From Zygnema circumcarinatum SAG 698-1b (lineage: Eukaryota > Plantae > Zygnematophyceae), in assembly GCA_037447605.1 (NCBI GenBank), contig CM074804.1, positions 7,479,909 to 7,543,908 on the forward strand: DNA of 64,000 nucleotides, in the 5' to 3' direction. The notes beneath the pieces are model-generated. The model saw only the letters and a list, made by a program, of their open reading frames with translations, was not told where the DNA came from and did not search any database. Both the position numbers and the translations under genes were made by a program. Positions 36,147 to 48,852 of the stretch are shown here, one piece after another; the stretch's first letter is position 1, and each line of letters starts with the position of its first letter.

Positions 36147-36266
36147 CATCGAACGGTTCCGCCGCTTCACATATATCGAACGGCGTGAAATTATTTAAGA
36201 CATCGAACAGCGGAGGCAGTTCCGTGCACATCGAACGGCCACATCAGCTTCGACGTCATCGAACGG
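36147..36266. repeat. Phased array of five 10-bp direct repeats (C/T)ATCGAAC(G/A)G, period 27-28 bp
   Basis: Copies start at 36147, 36174, 36201, 36229 and 36257. The 17-18 nt spacers are largely dissimilar. Confidence 0.9.
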
Positions 36267-36469
36267 CGGGCTCAGTCCTAATCTTATCCGGTCGTTGCGG
36301 GACCAACGGACGGACAGGATTCGTCGTCCGCAGGCTGGTAGGTAGCCTTCCCTGGCACGGCCCGGGAGCCAAAAGGCGCTCGGCCTCGCCCACTGCTGCA
36401 TTCTTCATCTTCCCCTCAGGCGAGCGCTGCTGAGCGCTGCTGCTGCTTCTGCGCTTCTGCTTTCCGTCC

Positions 36470-39400
36470 ATGGCGTTCGCATCGGGTTTTCTCGCTTTCT
36501 TCCTCCTCTGCGTGCCTTTGGCGCGTGGAGACGTTGTGTCGGAGTCTGACGACATGCCAATGTTCGTAGAAACAGGTGAGCTCAGTTGTGCTTGTCTGCC
36601 GCGCTTTCCGTTGCTTGATGGGAGCAGCAGCACTGATTGCAAGGTGCTGCTTAGGAAATGCGCAGTTTTTAGATTCCTTGTGGTGTCTTCTGCTGTAAGA
36701 AACTGCTTTTCTAAGCTGTTTTCAGTCTGTTTTTAAGCTTTCGTCAAGATCTTGCTCCGTTGCAAGAATATCGTTCACAAAAGTTTGAATCTTTATCTGC
36801 TTTCGTGGCATCCAGGTGGCCTTACTGTAAGTGCTCCAATTGAAATTCTGGAATCAAGATACGTGTACGGAGCGAATCGGAATCCATTGCAGACCGTTAT
36901 TCGATTCAAAGTCCCTGCTTGCTCGCTCCATACGCGTGCAATGAAATATTTTTCCGTCAGTAAGGTGACTGCATCGTTCAACGATGAGACGAAGGCTTCA
37001 TATTTCAGCCGGTTGCTGAGGACTTCCTCGAGTGCCGAGGTCTGTCTGCACAGGTGATCTCACTGCATGCCGTGTTTTTATTGGCTTCTCTTTCGTGGCT
37101 TGGCATGCTATTACTGTTGCAAAGGGCATCGTGGATTCTTGCGCGTTTCCTTCGCTTTCAAAAAAGTCTTCAGCCGTTTCGTTTACCGACAGGATCAGGA
37201 ACTTTGCCTCATCTTGTGAAATTTATTTGTCACTTACATTAGTTTAACAATTTACTTGCTGTTTTTTCTTGTCGTTTCTCGCCTTTTTGTTGCAGGAATG
37301 AGAGCATTGAAATGGGCTCGTGCCTTGATGCTTGGATTCCTTTAAAAAAGACGGTAGCCTTGACTTTCCTTGTGTACCATTCTGAAGTTACTTATGTGGA
37401 CATTAAGATTCCGTTAAACGGAGGACTTTCGGATGCCAAGTTACAGCTGCAACTCACAGAAGGTGCGTGTTGACAACTTTCACGAGTGCAGCCTTGCAGG
37501 GCAGGCTTTGAAGAAGAGAAACAGTGTGCTTTCTTTGGAGTAGATCGATAGACATTTCTTTGCTTGGGTTTCTGGCTGATCGTTATCTTGCTGTGTGGGG
37601 AATTGCGGTGTTTGCAGAATTCTGTCTTTATCGCGTATATCTCTTCATCTTGGGCATCTTCTTGTTCTTCATGGCTCCGACTCTAAGCCAGTGGCTGCTG
37701 TTTTATTATAGCAGCGGAATGCTTTTTGGAGTTGCTTTTATTGCATTCATTCTACCATACAAGGTATTTGCTTCAACCATTTGAGGCCTGTTGTCATGTT
37801 TCTAGATCTGTGAGTGTTTTGAGCTCTTGATCCATCCAGCCACTCAATTTCAATTGCTAACCGGCACACATTTTGGTACTCAGGATTAATTTGGGCTGTA
37901 AGAGGGTATGTTTGCAGGCCTTTCGACAAGCGCCGACTATTGGGCAAGGCCTCTGGAATATTCTATTTTTGGGGTCCTTTGTAAGTTGCTAACCTCGCGT
38001 CACGCGTCATCATCATCCTGTCGCTACTTTGAAGTGTCTTGCTACGTTTTCTAGAAAGTTACTAAGCAGTCAATGCATCATTCGGATGGAGGAAAACTGA
38101 TTTCAAGGTTAACTGATTGGTTGATTACATTGGTTTCAGATTGCGATGTATTGCGCATTTCAATCTGGAAGTGATTGGTGAATCCTCAGTTTGGCTAATG
38201 GTTTCGTCATCGTCGCTTTCGAAAAGATGTGCTAAAATGTGGGTTTTATGTTCCGTTTTGTGATTTTATGGCAGACGGGAATCGGTTATATTGGACAACT
38301 CTATTTCTTGCTTCAAGCATTCGATGCAATGCAAAGTTCAAGCGGACATGGAGAGGCAGCCACTTCGGTAAGTTGCTTCTGCCCATTCTTTTGCCTTCCA
38401 AAATAGGATTGCGACAAAAAGAATTGACATTATTAACAATTTTTTTTATTGGTTTTAATTTCTGTGCAGATCCTTATATTATCAATCGTTATGTTTCTTT
38501 TGATTGGAGCTGGGCTCGGATACTGGACTACTCGGAGTATCATATTGACACCCGAAGGCGCAATAACTCCTTCAATTGCTGAATTCGTGAAGTGGGCAAT
38601 GCGTATTGTGGCTATAGCTTTCCTCAGTCAGGTAATTCTTTTCCTTTCTCTTTTGTTGAATGCGGCTGCTTCATCCGAGAAAGTTATGCCTTCTTTTTTT
38701 CAATATGAGGTGAAAATTTCGACTATAGATCCAGTGTTTGATTGAATGTTACAATTTCAATGTGTCCAGTGGTGTCCTCATTTCTGATATTTTCATATGG
38801 GAATTGCAGAGTTCTCACGATCTCGAAAACTCTACTTTTGCCGTTCTACTGGTGGTTGTCGCCTCGCAGTTGCTTCATGTACAACTTTGGTATGTCCCAG
38901 CTGAACTGTCTTTTATTATTTCTAGCGTGTAGCTGAACCATGTTTGGGGAATCGGGCAATTCAAACGAGACATTTTTATGTTTTTGAGGCTCGTTGTGTC
39001 GGATGTAGTATTTTCTCTCTTTTTACTCTTGTACGTTTGCGCTATGTGCAGGAGACTGACCAAGCAAAGGAGTACTTGTGAGCAAAACAGTTTTGATCCT
39101 GCAATTGGCGGTAGGTCTTCATAAAACAACACCGGTCGTCTTTTGATTGTTGTATGCAAGATGCAATTGAAGTCAGTTGTTTCCGAGGGATTGAGATGTG
39201 ATGTCAGTTGAAATCGAGTTTGCATTCAACTTGGATGTGGCTGCTCATTTATTTTACGATGTGCCAATTTTTTTTCTCATCAGAGAAAGTCTCATACTGT
39301 TCTCGTTCTTTGCTGGTTCTTGCGTTTGTGCTTGAACTGAATTCTGTTTTGGTTTTTATGCAGGTGGCTATGGGAAAGATTTCATTCCCATGCATATCCA

Positions 39401-39581
39401 AGAGCAAGCATTCGTCTCGACGTTCCATGCCTCGAAACGTCGAAGATTTCGAAGCCCACAAGAAGCGGCCTCCATCTCGCAAGCTTGCACGCAGGCAGCT
39501 CTCGGCGATTTGGTTCGATCGCCCGAATTCAAGAAATGGGCGCAAGGAAATCAGACGTCGTTTTGTTCTTACTATCGATAG
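36470..39581 (+). CDS. NEMP / TMEM194-family nuclear envelope integral membrane protein
   Basis: Exons 36470-36575, 36816-37053, 37296-37462, 37618-37763, 37918-37980, 38275-38367, 38470-38631, 38810-38889, 39052-39077, 39364-39581. Signal-peptide-like N-terminus, FLFFMAPTLSQWLLFYYSSGMLFG, GAGLGYWTTR..EFVKWAMRI and C-terminal STFH..AALGDLVRSPEFKKW match plant NEMP motifs from memory. Confidence 0.85.
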
Positions 39582-41191
39582 GAGCAAAGAAGGATTGGGG
39601 TACTTTCGAAAGGACGGTGAGAGTACTCCACATTCGCTAATGTTTGGTATCTCGAAGAGAACCCCTTTGGGTTCGACTCTCTTCATGCACAAATAAGGCC
39701 AAAAGCGGCCCGCAGAGAAGCCGAGAGGACGGTGGATTGTTCGGCACGTTGCAAGGAAGCGGGCGGAGAAATTGAAGAGCTCAATAAGTGGGCGACTGGC
39801 CAATAAGTTAGAATGTTTGTGACAATGAGGTGGTTGTAGCCTCCGGCTGCACGCGGATGCAAGACTTGGAAAGAGTGAAAATGGAGTGGTACTTGCTCTT
39901 TTTTGGGCACGATTGTAAATATTTATTGCATGCTTTTTAGGAGTAGGTCCAATCTGTTTATTGGCTTTGCCAATGCTTTGTCGCCAAGTGATAGTGAAAG
40001 TCAAACATTTCAGGGTCGGTCAAAGGTGGTCAGTCTAAGGGGTGGCAGTTCAAGTCAACCTTTTGTTTCGTCTTTTCTTTGATTGACCTTTGTTATGGAA
40101 TATTTTCTCTCTTTCAGTAAGAGAGTGGGGAGTGGATCATGGAAGCCATGTGAATTACTTGGTTTTGGATGACCCACTTTCCTCTTCAAGTTGTCGAGTG
40201 TTTGGCTTACCTTTTGGCCACATAACTTTCCCTTTTTGTCCCTTGAAATAGCGATTTGCTATTTGTTGAAGTTAAACACCGTTGTATTACAATGCATGTC
40301 ATGATTTTGCTTCTTAATAGAGAAATGTGTGACCACTTTGAGATCATTCTGTTAAGAAATCAATTGGCACGACTTCGCTCTCAGACCGGTCTGCTATGTG
40401 CTGCTTGCTGATCACATGAGGCGTTTCCCATTGTCCAGTGCATGCGAATATTTCCTGGATGCACGTGAAATGTGGAAGAATGACCTCTCAAGTGTAATGG
40501 TATGATCGCACTGCCACACATCGGTGGCTGGAAGATTACAGCTTGTGCCTTGAACAATTAATTCCTCGTGATGAAATGAGGCCTGGTGAGTACTTACTGA
40601 GTAGCAATGACTCGCATTGCTCAGGCTCAGCCCCCTTATGACTAAAAATCGTATTTCTCAGAATGATTTCATATTTTGCACCACGGCCCAGATCCCACGA
40701 GAGTACGGATGGCCTTAATTTTTTTTTTTTTAAATTAATTTTAAGCCAGTATTTTTAAACAGTGGGTGGTTTAAAATTTCTATTTAAACCACTCTTCATT
40801 TCTTTTCACTATTACTATTTACTATGTTGACGTCATGCCATGTCACAATGATGTCACACCATGATGAGTGCTGAGCTGGAGGCGAGGGGGGCGCGGGGGA
40901 TTGGGTGCCACGTGGCGCTTGGAAAAGGGCGCCACGTAAATGATGGATGGGTAGCAGACGAAGAAGAAGCTGTTGTTGTTGGTCCTTTTAGGAACACGTT
41001 CTCTTCTAATCCCCCTTCAATGGGACCCCCCTCCCCAGTCACTGCGCTATCCCGACAAGCAATGAAAGCAACTTCGGTAGGAATTTGCACCATGCGCACA
41101 TGACAAGAACTGTCTCTGAGCTGCTGAAAGTCCGGCCTTCCGTTAATTTGACAACTACTACTCAAGCCCCGGTACAACCCTAAACAGAAAG

Positions 41192-44100
41192 CTAGGTCCC
41201 CCTAAGCATTTCCGCTGGTAATCTGGGGAAGTAAAAGTCGTCTTGTTCTTGCCGCCTCTTCGCCTTGGGGTCCTCGAGGTGCGGCCGAAGGTCATCGTCG
41301 GGATCGGTCCCGTCGTCGACACTCCCCAACACATTGGCAGCAAGCATCTCGTGAACCTTGGTGACAAGCTGCAAGGAGCAAACCGGGAAGGGGGAGTGTC
41401 AGCCAAAACGATGATGGTGTCAATCCATTTCAAACGCAACAAAACTAAAGCACGCAGAAGGAGAGCCCTCCTGAGTTATCTTCCACAATGAAGGCCGAGA
41501 ACATGCCAGTGTGAGCGGAACTGGGCTCTCGTTTGGTGTACATTCAACCCAAGGTTCAGCAAAAGCCGTAATCTTTCTTGACAAGCGGGACAGCCCATAC
41601 AATAGCTCACCTCAGGAATGCCCTCATTCGTTTCGGTCGACACTCGCAGCGCTCCAGGGGGGCCATACACTTGGTAGGCCTCCAGTCCCGTGGGGTCCTG
41701 AAAATGACTATCCGCATGACACGTGGAAGGTGCCGGGAAAAGATCTGCCTTTGAAATTGCGTCCAGCCATGGACGAGACGAAAATCGCGCCTTCAAAGTG
41801 GCATGAAGGAGAAACTGCAAGGGGCACATCTCGCTTTAGAACAGCAACTCTTCGACATTAAACATGGGAAGGAGGGACATCCAAAGAAGGTGAAACGAAA
41901 GTTACATCTCAGGCCTATTCCTCAGTTGGGTCCACAGCAACCCAAATATGGAATTTGCCTCGTACTGAGAATTAATCGGGGCCTTTTGGACCTCGACTTG
42001 ACATGCCCACAAGCAGGTAATGCGAGCCCTTACAAGCAAATAAAAGCTGCATAGACGCTCAATGTTGTGAGCAAATTGTGCCTTGACTAAGTAATGCACC
42101 CACATGACTTCAGGATATCAGACCAGTCCAACCTTCAAGCAGTTGTGGAAACTCTATAGGTTCAGTTTGCCGTATAATGCTCAACTGGACTACATCTTCT
42201 ATCCCTAAAAAACAATAAACTGATGAAGCATCAGAGAGAAGGTTTTAGATTAGATCGAAGCATACCTGATCTTTCACTGATGTTCCACATTCCCCTGTGA
42301 GGTCGTGCACATAAAGAATAGCCACTGGCAGGTGCTCTAAGGCCGCCACTGTCAGTCTCTCAATGTTGTTTCTCTTTTCTGCAAAGTGACAGAATACAGT
42401 GCTTTCAAGAAAAGCCTAAAGAGCTACAAAGCATACGCATAAGTAGGACAAGCAGAAACCAATTTCTCGTACAACGACCATTTCCTGTGTCCGCAAGCTT
42501 GACTCACCCTGTTTCTAACCCTAGACCTCTCAAGCTTCAAGCAACAAGTATAGTATAGAGTTGCCACGAGTGATAGTGCTCAGCACCATGCCTCCTCTTG
42601 TCTGCCTCCTTATAACAGGCAGGCTGCATATACAGCAATACTGGTCACATGCCCTCCAAGTAGGGTAGAAACAATTCCGGTAGAGAAGTAACAGCGAACC
42701 CGCTGCTAACATGCACTGTTAACTCGCTGCTTCATACCACTAGTAACACCTACTCCGAGAACATCTCCGGAGAAGCCTTACAGAGCAGACATGCCATACC
42801 ATTAAGGCTGCAAAGAACTCACCTTCAGGACGGTGCAGGAGGCCAGGTGTGTCAGTAACCTGCAGGAACGCGTTTCGCCCACACTGCAGTTAGACACCGA
42901 CTTGCTGCTGCATACTCAAGAGTGGCATTGTGACTCAGATATAGGGCCGTTACAACCTTCTTCCCGGATTTAACGGCTTTAGATCTGGATGTGATAAACA
43001 GCGGCTAGTTTAGATTTTGCAGTCCTTTCCAGACTTCTGTACTAGATTCTATGTCAACTTTTTGTGATGCAAGCCGACCAGATGGCAGCCAAACTCCAAT
43101 TGATGGTTCAATATAGATGTCGAATTAAAAAAAGGATGTCAAAATGAATCAAGGCCAGAAGGAAGAAAAACATACCTGGTGACGACGACCGTCGACAAAG
43201 AAGTGTCCCATGGAAATGCCGCGTGTGGTGAAAGGATAGTTACAAACCTGAGAAATGACACACAATAATGTAAGGGAACTTCACATCCTAAAGTGAGAGC
43301 TTAGCTCGAAGAATTTGTGGATTGCCAGTTGAACCAGCTTTCATCACAGAGGTCATCTTTTATCGGTCACTTTCCACAAGGCGAATAATTCTAGAACAAA
43401 GCAACAGCAAGGGGGAGTCGCCAATCTCGCCACCCATTCATAAGCTAGTAAGAAAAAAAAATAAAAGAGGAAGAAAAAGGGGCGGGTCACAAAAGAGGAT
43501 GTCACCTCACCTCCGGTTTCCCCGAAGAAATGACTCGCACAAGCGATGATTTTCCCACATTCGGTGCACCAACTAGACATAAAGTGGGGATCCGAGGATG
43601 CACCACAGGCATGAACCGCAAAGTCTGCCCATGCAATACCCTATTAGGCCAGGAAAGACATGTATCCAGAAACTCGTCTACTTCCTGCACTCTCTATCCC
43701 AATATGCTACTGTGGTCTAACCGGTCCAGTCTAAACAGCTACGAATCGTTCACGTTGTGAGAAGAAATAGAAAACCTCATGCTGCAGTATCTCATAATCG
43801 TATGATGAAACGGGCTAGATGCCATGCAGCGAGTCTTTACGGGTGCTAACGAGCTAGAGCGAACACACACCTTCGCCACCTCTTTCAGGGCATCCACTGC
43901 ATGGCTGTTCCGTTCGTAAAGCTCTTCCAGACGTGCAAAACCCTAAATCCCCCGCCAGTGCCTTTGTATGAGCAATCGTATAACGAGCAGAAAAGATTGT
44001 GCAAACACAGGCAGAACTGCCACCCCTCAGCTTCCTGCAGTTTTGACACTGTCGTAGATTCCGCTACTCTGGTATTAAAGAGCGGATCTTGAAGCCGTAT

Positions 44101-47097
44101 TTGAAGGCATGAGATCCTAATACTAGATAATCCACTCTTCCTGCCTCCTTCACCATTGCATTTACCTTATCAAACATTGCAGTTTGCATGGTTATCACTA
44201 CCCAGGACATGAAGGGTGGACCCTGTCTAGCTGACATTTACTGCTTGTGTGCAGCACATATCATGCATGGCACAAAAAAAAAACACTTGACCATTGCACT
44301 AAAAACGTTTGGAAGACTAAACAACGAGCCCTCTTATGTTCCACAAGTATGCTGTGGTGCACTCCCGCACACATTGAGCTTGTGGCGAAAATCTTGTAAA
44401 CCATGGTATCCTCAGTTAAAATTGAAAGCATCCAGCTACTTGGGGACTCTTTGTCCAGACTACCTGTCACTCAGCCACTTGCCAGCCTTTGACTGCTCAC
44501 ACGCGATGGGAAATCTCAGAGAGGAGAACAACCTCTGTAGTCTTCTCTTCTGCCTCTCGCTTGGTTGTAGTCTGGGCCCAACATAGGAACAAGTAAGAGT
44601 CAGCACGACAAAAACTCCAAGATCGACAACGACTGAAACTATAGACAACAACTAGTCCAAGCTTGGAAGTTGACTGATGCTCATGAGTTATTAGGCCAGC
44701 ATGTCTGCCATGAAAAGTTAACAAAAACATTCCTGTGACGATGAGATCTTAATGTGATCATGCTTTAGAACTGTTTGCAGGTGGTTAGACAATGGTAACC
44801 GTTGAAATTTCACGTCAAGAACATGTTCTTCACCTTGTTCACCATAGAAGCTGCGTTTTTGCCCACTTCCAGAATCTTCTTTCTCAACACATCCACCCGT
44901 TGAAGAGTCTGCATATGAAATGTCCAGGTTGTAACAGCATTTAGCTCGTAATCAAGCTGATTCTTGGAGCAAGAACAGCAGCACTTAAGCATTTGCCCAG
45001 CAGAGAAGCGGGGCTGAAGATTGACCTGCTCATATACGGAGTCCCCCAATGTTAGCTCCAATAGAGACCTCTCAAAAGCATGGAGACGGTCCGTGGTTGG
45101 GAACTTGCGCACATAATTGCTTAAAGGACCTGAAAGCTCCTGTAAGGATCAAATTCACAACATGAAGATGGAAAAATGGAGGATCTTCGCCCTGAAATGA
45201 TCACTTTGCAGTTACCTCCTAATCACGATCACCACACACCTGACGGAGGCTAATAGATGACAAGCGACACCCATTCTTCTCTCAATGCTCAACGTGCTTA
45301 TGAGTTCTGCCAAAGGCTAATAAATGACAAGAAGGATCCATTATTCTTTCTGTGTTCAACGTGATTATGAGTTCTGCCACATTACTGGGGCAGTCAGGTA
45401 ACGACACCTCTAAACACCCGAGCCTGACATGTTTGTTACTAACAACCAGATTGGCAACTTCACCTCACTGATTGCCAGATCGCTTATGCATCATTGCTGC
45501 TGCACCGCAATCAGCCCCTCCTTACTCGTCTTCCTATGATGTTACTACCGTGCAACTTACCTTGGTCAGTGCGTCAAGCTGTTGTGCTCCCTTATTGCGC
45601 TCGCGCTTGGCAGCATTCACGATACCTGATGGGAAGCAAAAATAAACCCATCATCGTCACTCGTTACGTTCAAGCCTCTATAGCAAGCTCTTCTCAAACT
45701 TGTTCCCTCAAATGTAAAAAGAAAAAAATGTAAAACTTAAGGAGGGCAGCGTCACATTGAAGCAGGTCTTCTCAAATTGACTCTTCAGTGTCATTTCTTA
45801 ATACGCATTTCAGAAGCAATTGGCGAATGAGAATAGCTTCACATAATATGCCAGATGTCACAGACCTGAAGGCTCCTGAAGCTCTTCATCAGAGTACTAC
45901 ACTCTAAACATTGCAATTATCTTGCTCAAGTCCATCGTGCATTCACCTTTTGTAGGTCTCACCATGCGAGCTCTTCGTATAGCTGACCCAATAATCTCAT
46001 ACGCGGGTGAAACTGCAGGGAGTTGCTGAAAGGCCCCAACTTTCCACTGCTCTGTTGCAGGCTGCATTTCAAAAGAAGGTGCCCAAACAGACAGCTTATT
46101 TAAAAAAAGAAAAACACCCTATGCGCAGGTGCAATTAGACTCTGCTTCAGCCTTCGTGACATCTGTCAATCACGGCCTGGATCCTAAACGCTAGAGCTAA
46201 AAGTTTAATTCTAGCTTGTTAAGCCATCGTGCCAGGGCAGTATCTGCTGTGAGCTATCTCTGGGAGGGGTATGACTGACAGCCAACAGACTACTGCTGCA
46301 GCTTCTTATTCTGGCTAACAAAGCTGGGACGTAGAGAAAGGTTCAAAATGCTCCTAGCATTTACCACTTCAGTACTTCTACCACACCATGGTTCAGCTAA
46401 GTGATGACTGCAATTCTGCTCGTGTGCAGTGCCAAGCCCTAGTGAGTAGTTCGTCGACACCGTGAGCACAAGTGGAAAATTGATTTATCAAAAACCGTGA
46501 AAGTCGGACTCTCATGTAATTGCACTAATATAGACACACAGCACCAAACAGCAAATATATAAATGCGTGCATTTCTGTTATATAAACATAGGTTTTTGTA
46601 TTGTCATAGATTTTTGTATTGTCGCAGCATTCTTTGTCACCCGTTTTGACCACTTGTGAACACGAGTGCAAACCCCTGCATGGTAATCTCACCTTGTTTG
46701 GAGAACTGGCGTCTTCCGAAACCCTGATCCCCTCGAGTACTCCATTCTGCTGCTTCTCACCATCCTCATCCTCTGCAGATGACACCGCTGAGACAGGGCT
46801 TTCTCTTATATCCCTCCTCTTTGCAGCGTCAATTTCGCCAGAAGAAGCTGTTGCTAGAGAGGCTCCATTTTCTGTATGGAAACGAGCAGTTTGTATGACC
46901 TTTCCACGGAAACGGTCGAGGGGAGACACCTTCGGTTGCTCATTCACGTTGCCTCGCACTTGGCTGTCTGCAAAGACCTCCACGCGTGATAAAGGTAACT
47001 TCCTCAAATAACAACAAGTCTTCTGAATGGAAAAGGCATTGAATGAAGTGGAGAGACTGCCTCGCAGCACCAGTCCTTGCCGCACGCCCGCTGCCAT
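41192..47097 (-). CDS. NOG1-like (Obg/HflX superfamily) organellar GTPase, At1g80770/PDE318-like
   Basis: Minus-strand exons 47097-46693, 46061-45947, 45625-45561, 45139-45026, 44908-44834, 44571-44533, 43942-43871, 43624-43511, 43247-43176, 42859-42823, 42378-42266, 41814-41611, 41368-41192. Motifs GAFQQLP, AKRERNKGAQQLDAL, PTLCLVGAPNVGKSSLVR, NYPFTTRGI, TDTPGLL, YVHDLTGECGTS, SKADL. Confidence 0.93.
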
Positions 47098-47488
47098 GGC
47101 TGCCAGGTACCAACACCTGCTTGCCTGCTTGCTGCGGCGCAGAAACGACCGCGACCACGCAAAGGCAGACAGGCCAAGGGTGCAGTGGACGCGGCGAGAC
47201 CCTAAGGTCCCTCACGGTCTGAAAGTGCTCGAGGCCTCGACTCAAGGCGCGAGCTCACTCGCTCAAGATGGTCAGCTTTAGGGGGGAAGTTTTTAGGGTT
47301 TGTCAATTTTATTTCCCGCCATTTCCGACTGCCGTCCGCGGACTCCACTTTTTTCGCGTCTCGTTTCGTCACGTCACGGTCCCAAACATACTTGTCACGT
47401 CATATGTTGCCACGACCAATCATGTCACTCCACGTGTTGCGCCCTTATACAGTACAGTACTTTGTAGACGCGGGCGCTTCGTACTGTA

Positions 47489-48011
47489 CAGGAGGTCCTC
47501 GTCATATTTTCCACCTTCAACAGTGCGTCACCAATAAATTCGCACCGATTTTGCCGAAACCACCTTTTTGTACGGTAACTTCGTGTTAGCCGTACTATTC
47601 GTACTATCCGTACCCTAAAAACCCTGAAACCCTAAAAATCCTAAAAACCCGTACTAACCGTACTAACCGTACTAGCCGTACTAGCTGTACTAGCCGTTAC
47701 GGGTTACGCAAAACTTCACCTAATCTCCCCGCTCGTGCCGCCGTAAGAGGCGCTCGCTCCTCCCCTTCTTTTTGGCTTCGATACGATACGATACGATAGT
47801 ATCCGTACTAGCCGTATGACCTGTACTAGCCGATACGGTACGACGAGGTACGATATGACAATAAACGATACGATACGATACGTACGAACTTACATGAACA
47901 CTAACATCATTCCGCTCGCCTATTGGTAACACGGACCTTCTATTTGCCAAAAACAATATGTTCGCCCGGTATTTGCCGAAACCAGGTGGAAAATATGACG
48001 AGGACCCACTG
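47489..48011. mobile_element. Non-autonomous Tc1/mariner-superfamily MITE (pogo/Tigger-like CAG termini), 523 bp
   Basis: TA|CAGGAGGTCCTCGTCATATTTTCCACCT ... AGGTGGAAAATATGACGAGGACCCACTG|TA: 28-bp TIRs with 2 mismatches and a TA target duplication. No ORF. The interior has CCGTACTA(A/G) 9-mers, (GATAC)n and CCCTAAAAA-like repeats. Confidence 0.88.
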
Positions 48012-48200
48012 TACATTCAAATCACCATCCGTACACCCGACAAAAAAAGGTCTGTATCTATTCTACAAAAGTATGAAACAGCATTTTTCGCTAAAAAATC
48101 CATTGTAAAAGCTGCCCGGCGAAAAAGTCACTAATTCCATCCAAAAGTTCACTGTAAATAACACTTTCCTAACTCTTAACATATTACCGCCCGCCTACTA

Positions 48201-48400
48201 GGGGGAGGTAGACCTTGACCATGGCTTACGAAATTCCCGAATTCCTCTTACTAAAAGGCACTTCTTTCATGTACGAATTCCGGGTCGGGATCCGTGGCTC
48301 CGCTGAGCCCAGCCGTACCGAAATGCGTACCTAGCCAATGCTTAATTCGCCCGACAGGCTTACGAAATTGATTTGGCGATGGTCAAGGTCTGACTCCCCC
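48201..48400. mobile_element. Second MITE, 200 bp, with G-rich TIRs and TA flanks
   Basis: TA|GGGGGAGGTAGACCTTGACCAT ... ATGGTCAAGGTCTGACTCCCCC|TA: 22-bp TIRs with 2 mismatches. Internal direct repeat GGCTTACGAAATT at ~48223 and ~48357. Confidence 0.82.
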
Positions 48401-48522
48401 TATTATAAACATTGTCACTATAACACGACTACCCTGTAGAGGCATTATGCGTCGACCGGCCAACGGCCAAAAGGGAGAGCTAGTCGGCTTCGCATCCCCC
48501 AACGCCACGACAACTGACAAAA

Positions 48523-48595
48523 CGCCGGCCGTGGGGCTCGAACCCACGACCACCAGGTTAAAAGCCTGGCGCTCTACCAGCTGAGCTAGGCCGGC
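48523..48595 (-). tRNA. trnK-UUU: tRNA-Lys (anticodon UUU)
   Basis: Reverse complement GCCGGCCTAGCTCAGCTGGTAGAGCGCCAGGCTTTTAACCTGGTGGTCGTGGGTTCGAGCCCCACGGCCGGCG is 73 nt with a perfect cloverleaf and A and B boxes. It is followed directly by TTTT (Pol III terminator). Confidence 0.97.
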
Positions 48596-48852
48596 TTTCT
48601 GTGGGAGGGTAAATAGTTAAACTTTGTAGTTTTTTAAGATGTACACGTGTCAACACTGAATGATTTGCTGGATTCTGTGGGCTGGCTAATGCGCCACGTG
48701 GAAAAGACCGCGTGCGGGCTTGGCCGGAACTCTGCTCGTCCTCTCTCCCTCTCCCTCTCCCTCTCCCTCGTCCTCTCCTATTAGAGTCACTCCCAAGGCG
48801 AGAAAGCGGAGCCTGGTTCTCATCTCGTCTCTTTTCTGCTCCGCGGGAGGAC

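Noticed and set aside
36147-36266. CRISPR interpretation of the repeat-spacer array
   Set aside because: The repeats (10 bp) and spacers (17-18 bp) are far too short, there are no cas genes or leader, and the context is a eukaryotic promoter. Kept as a regulatory-array finding.
39249-40004. 251-aa antisense ORF over the last NEMP exon
   Set aside because: No recognisable motif, and it crosses intron, exon and UTR of the sense gene. Most likely a shadow ORF.
40760-40795. AT-rich hairpin GTGGTTTAAA-n7-TTTAAACCAC as a Helitron 3' end
   Set aside because: The nearby CTGG on the minus strand is followed by C rather than T, the hairpin is AT-rich, and no 5' TC end could be defined.
40854-41177. 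G-box palindrome TGCCACGTGGC with short ORFs, similar to 16731-16750
   Set aside because: Only an ~18-bp shared word, lying in the 3' flank of the NOG1-like gene and in a GST intron. Too short to call a repeat family or a gene.
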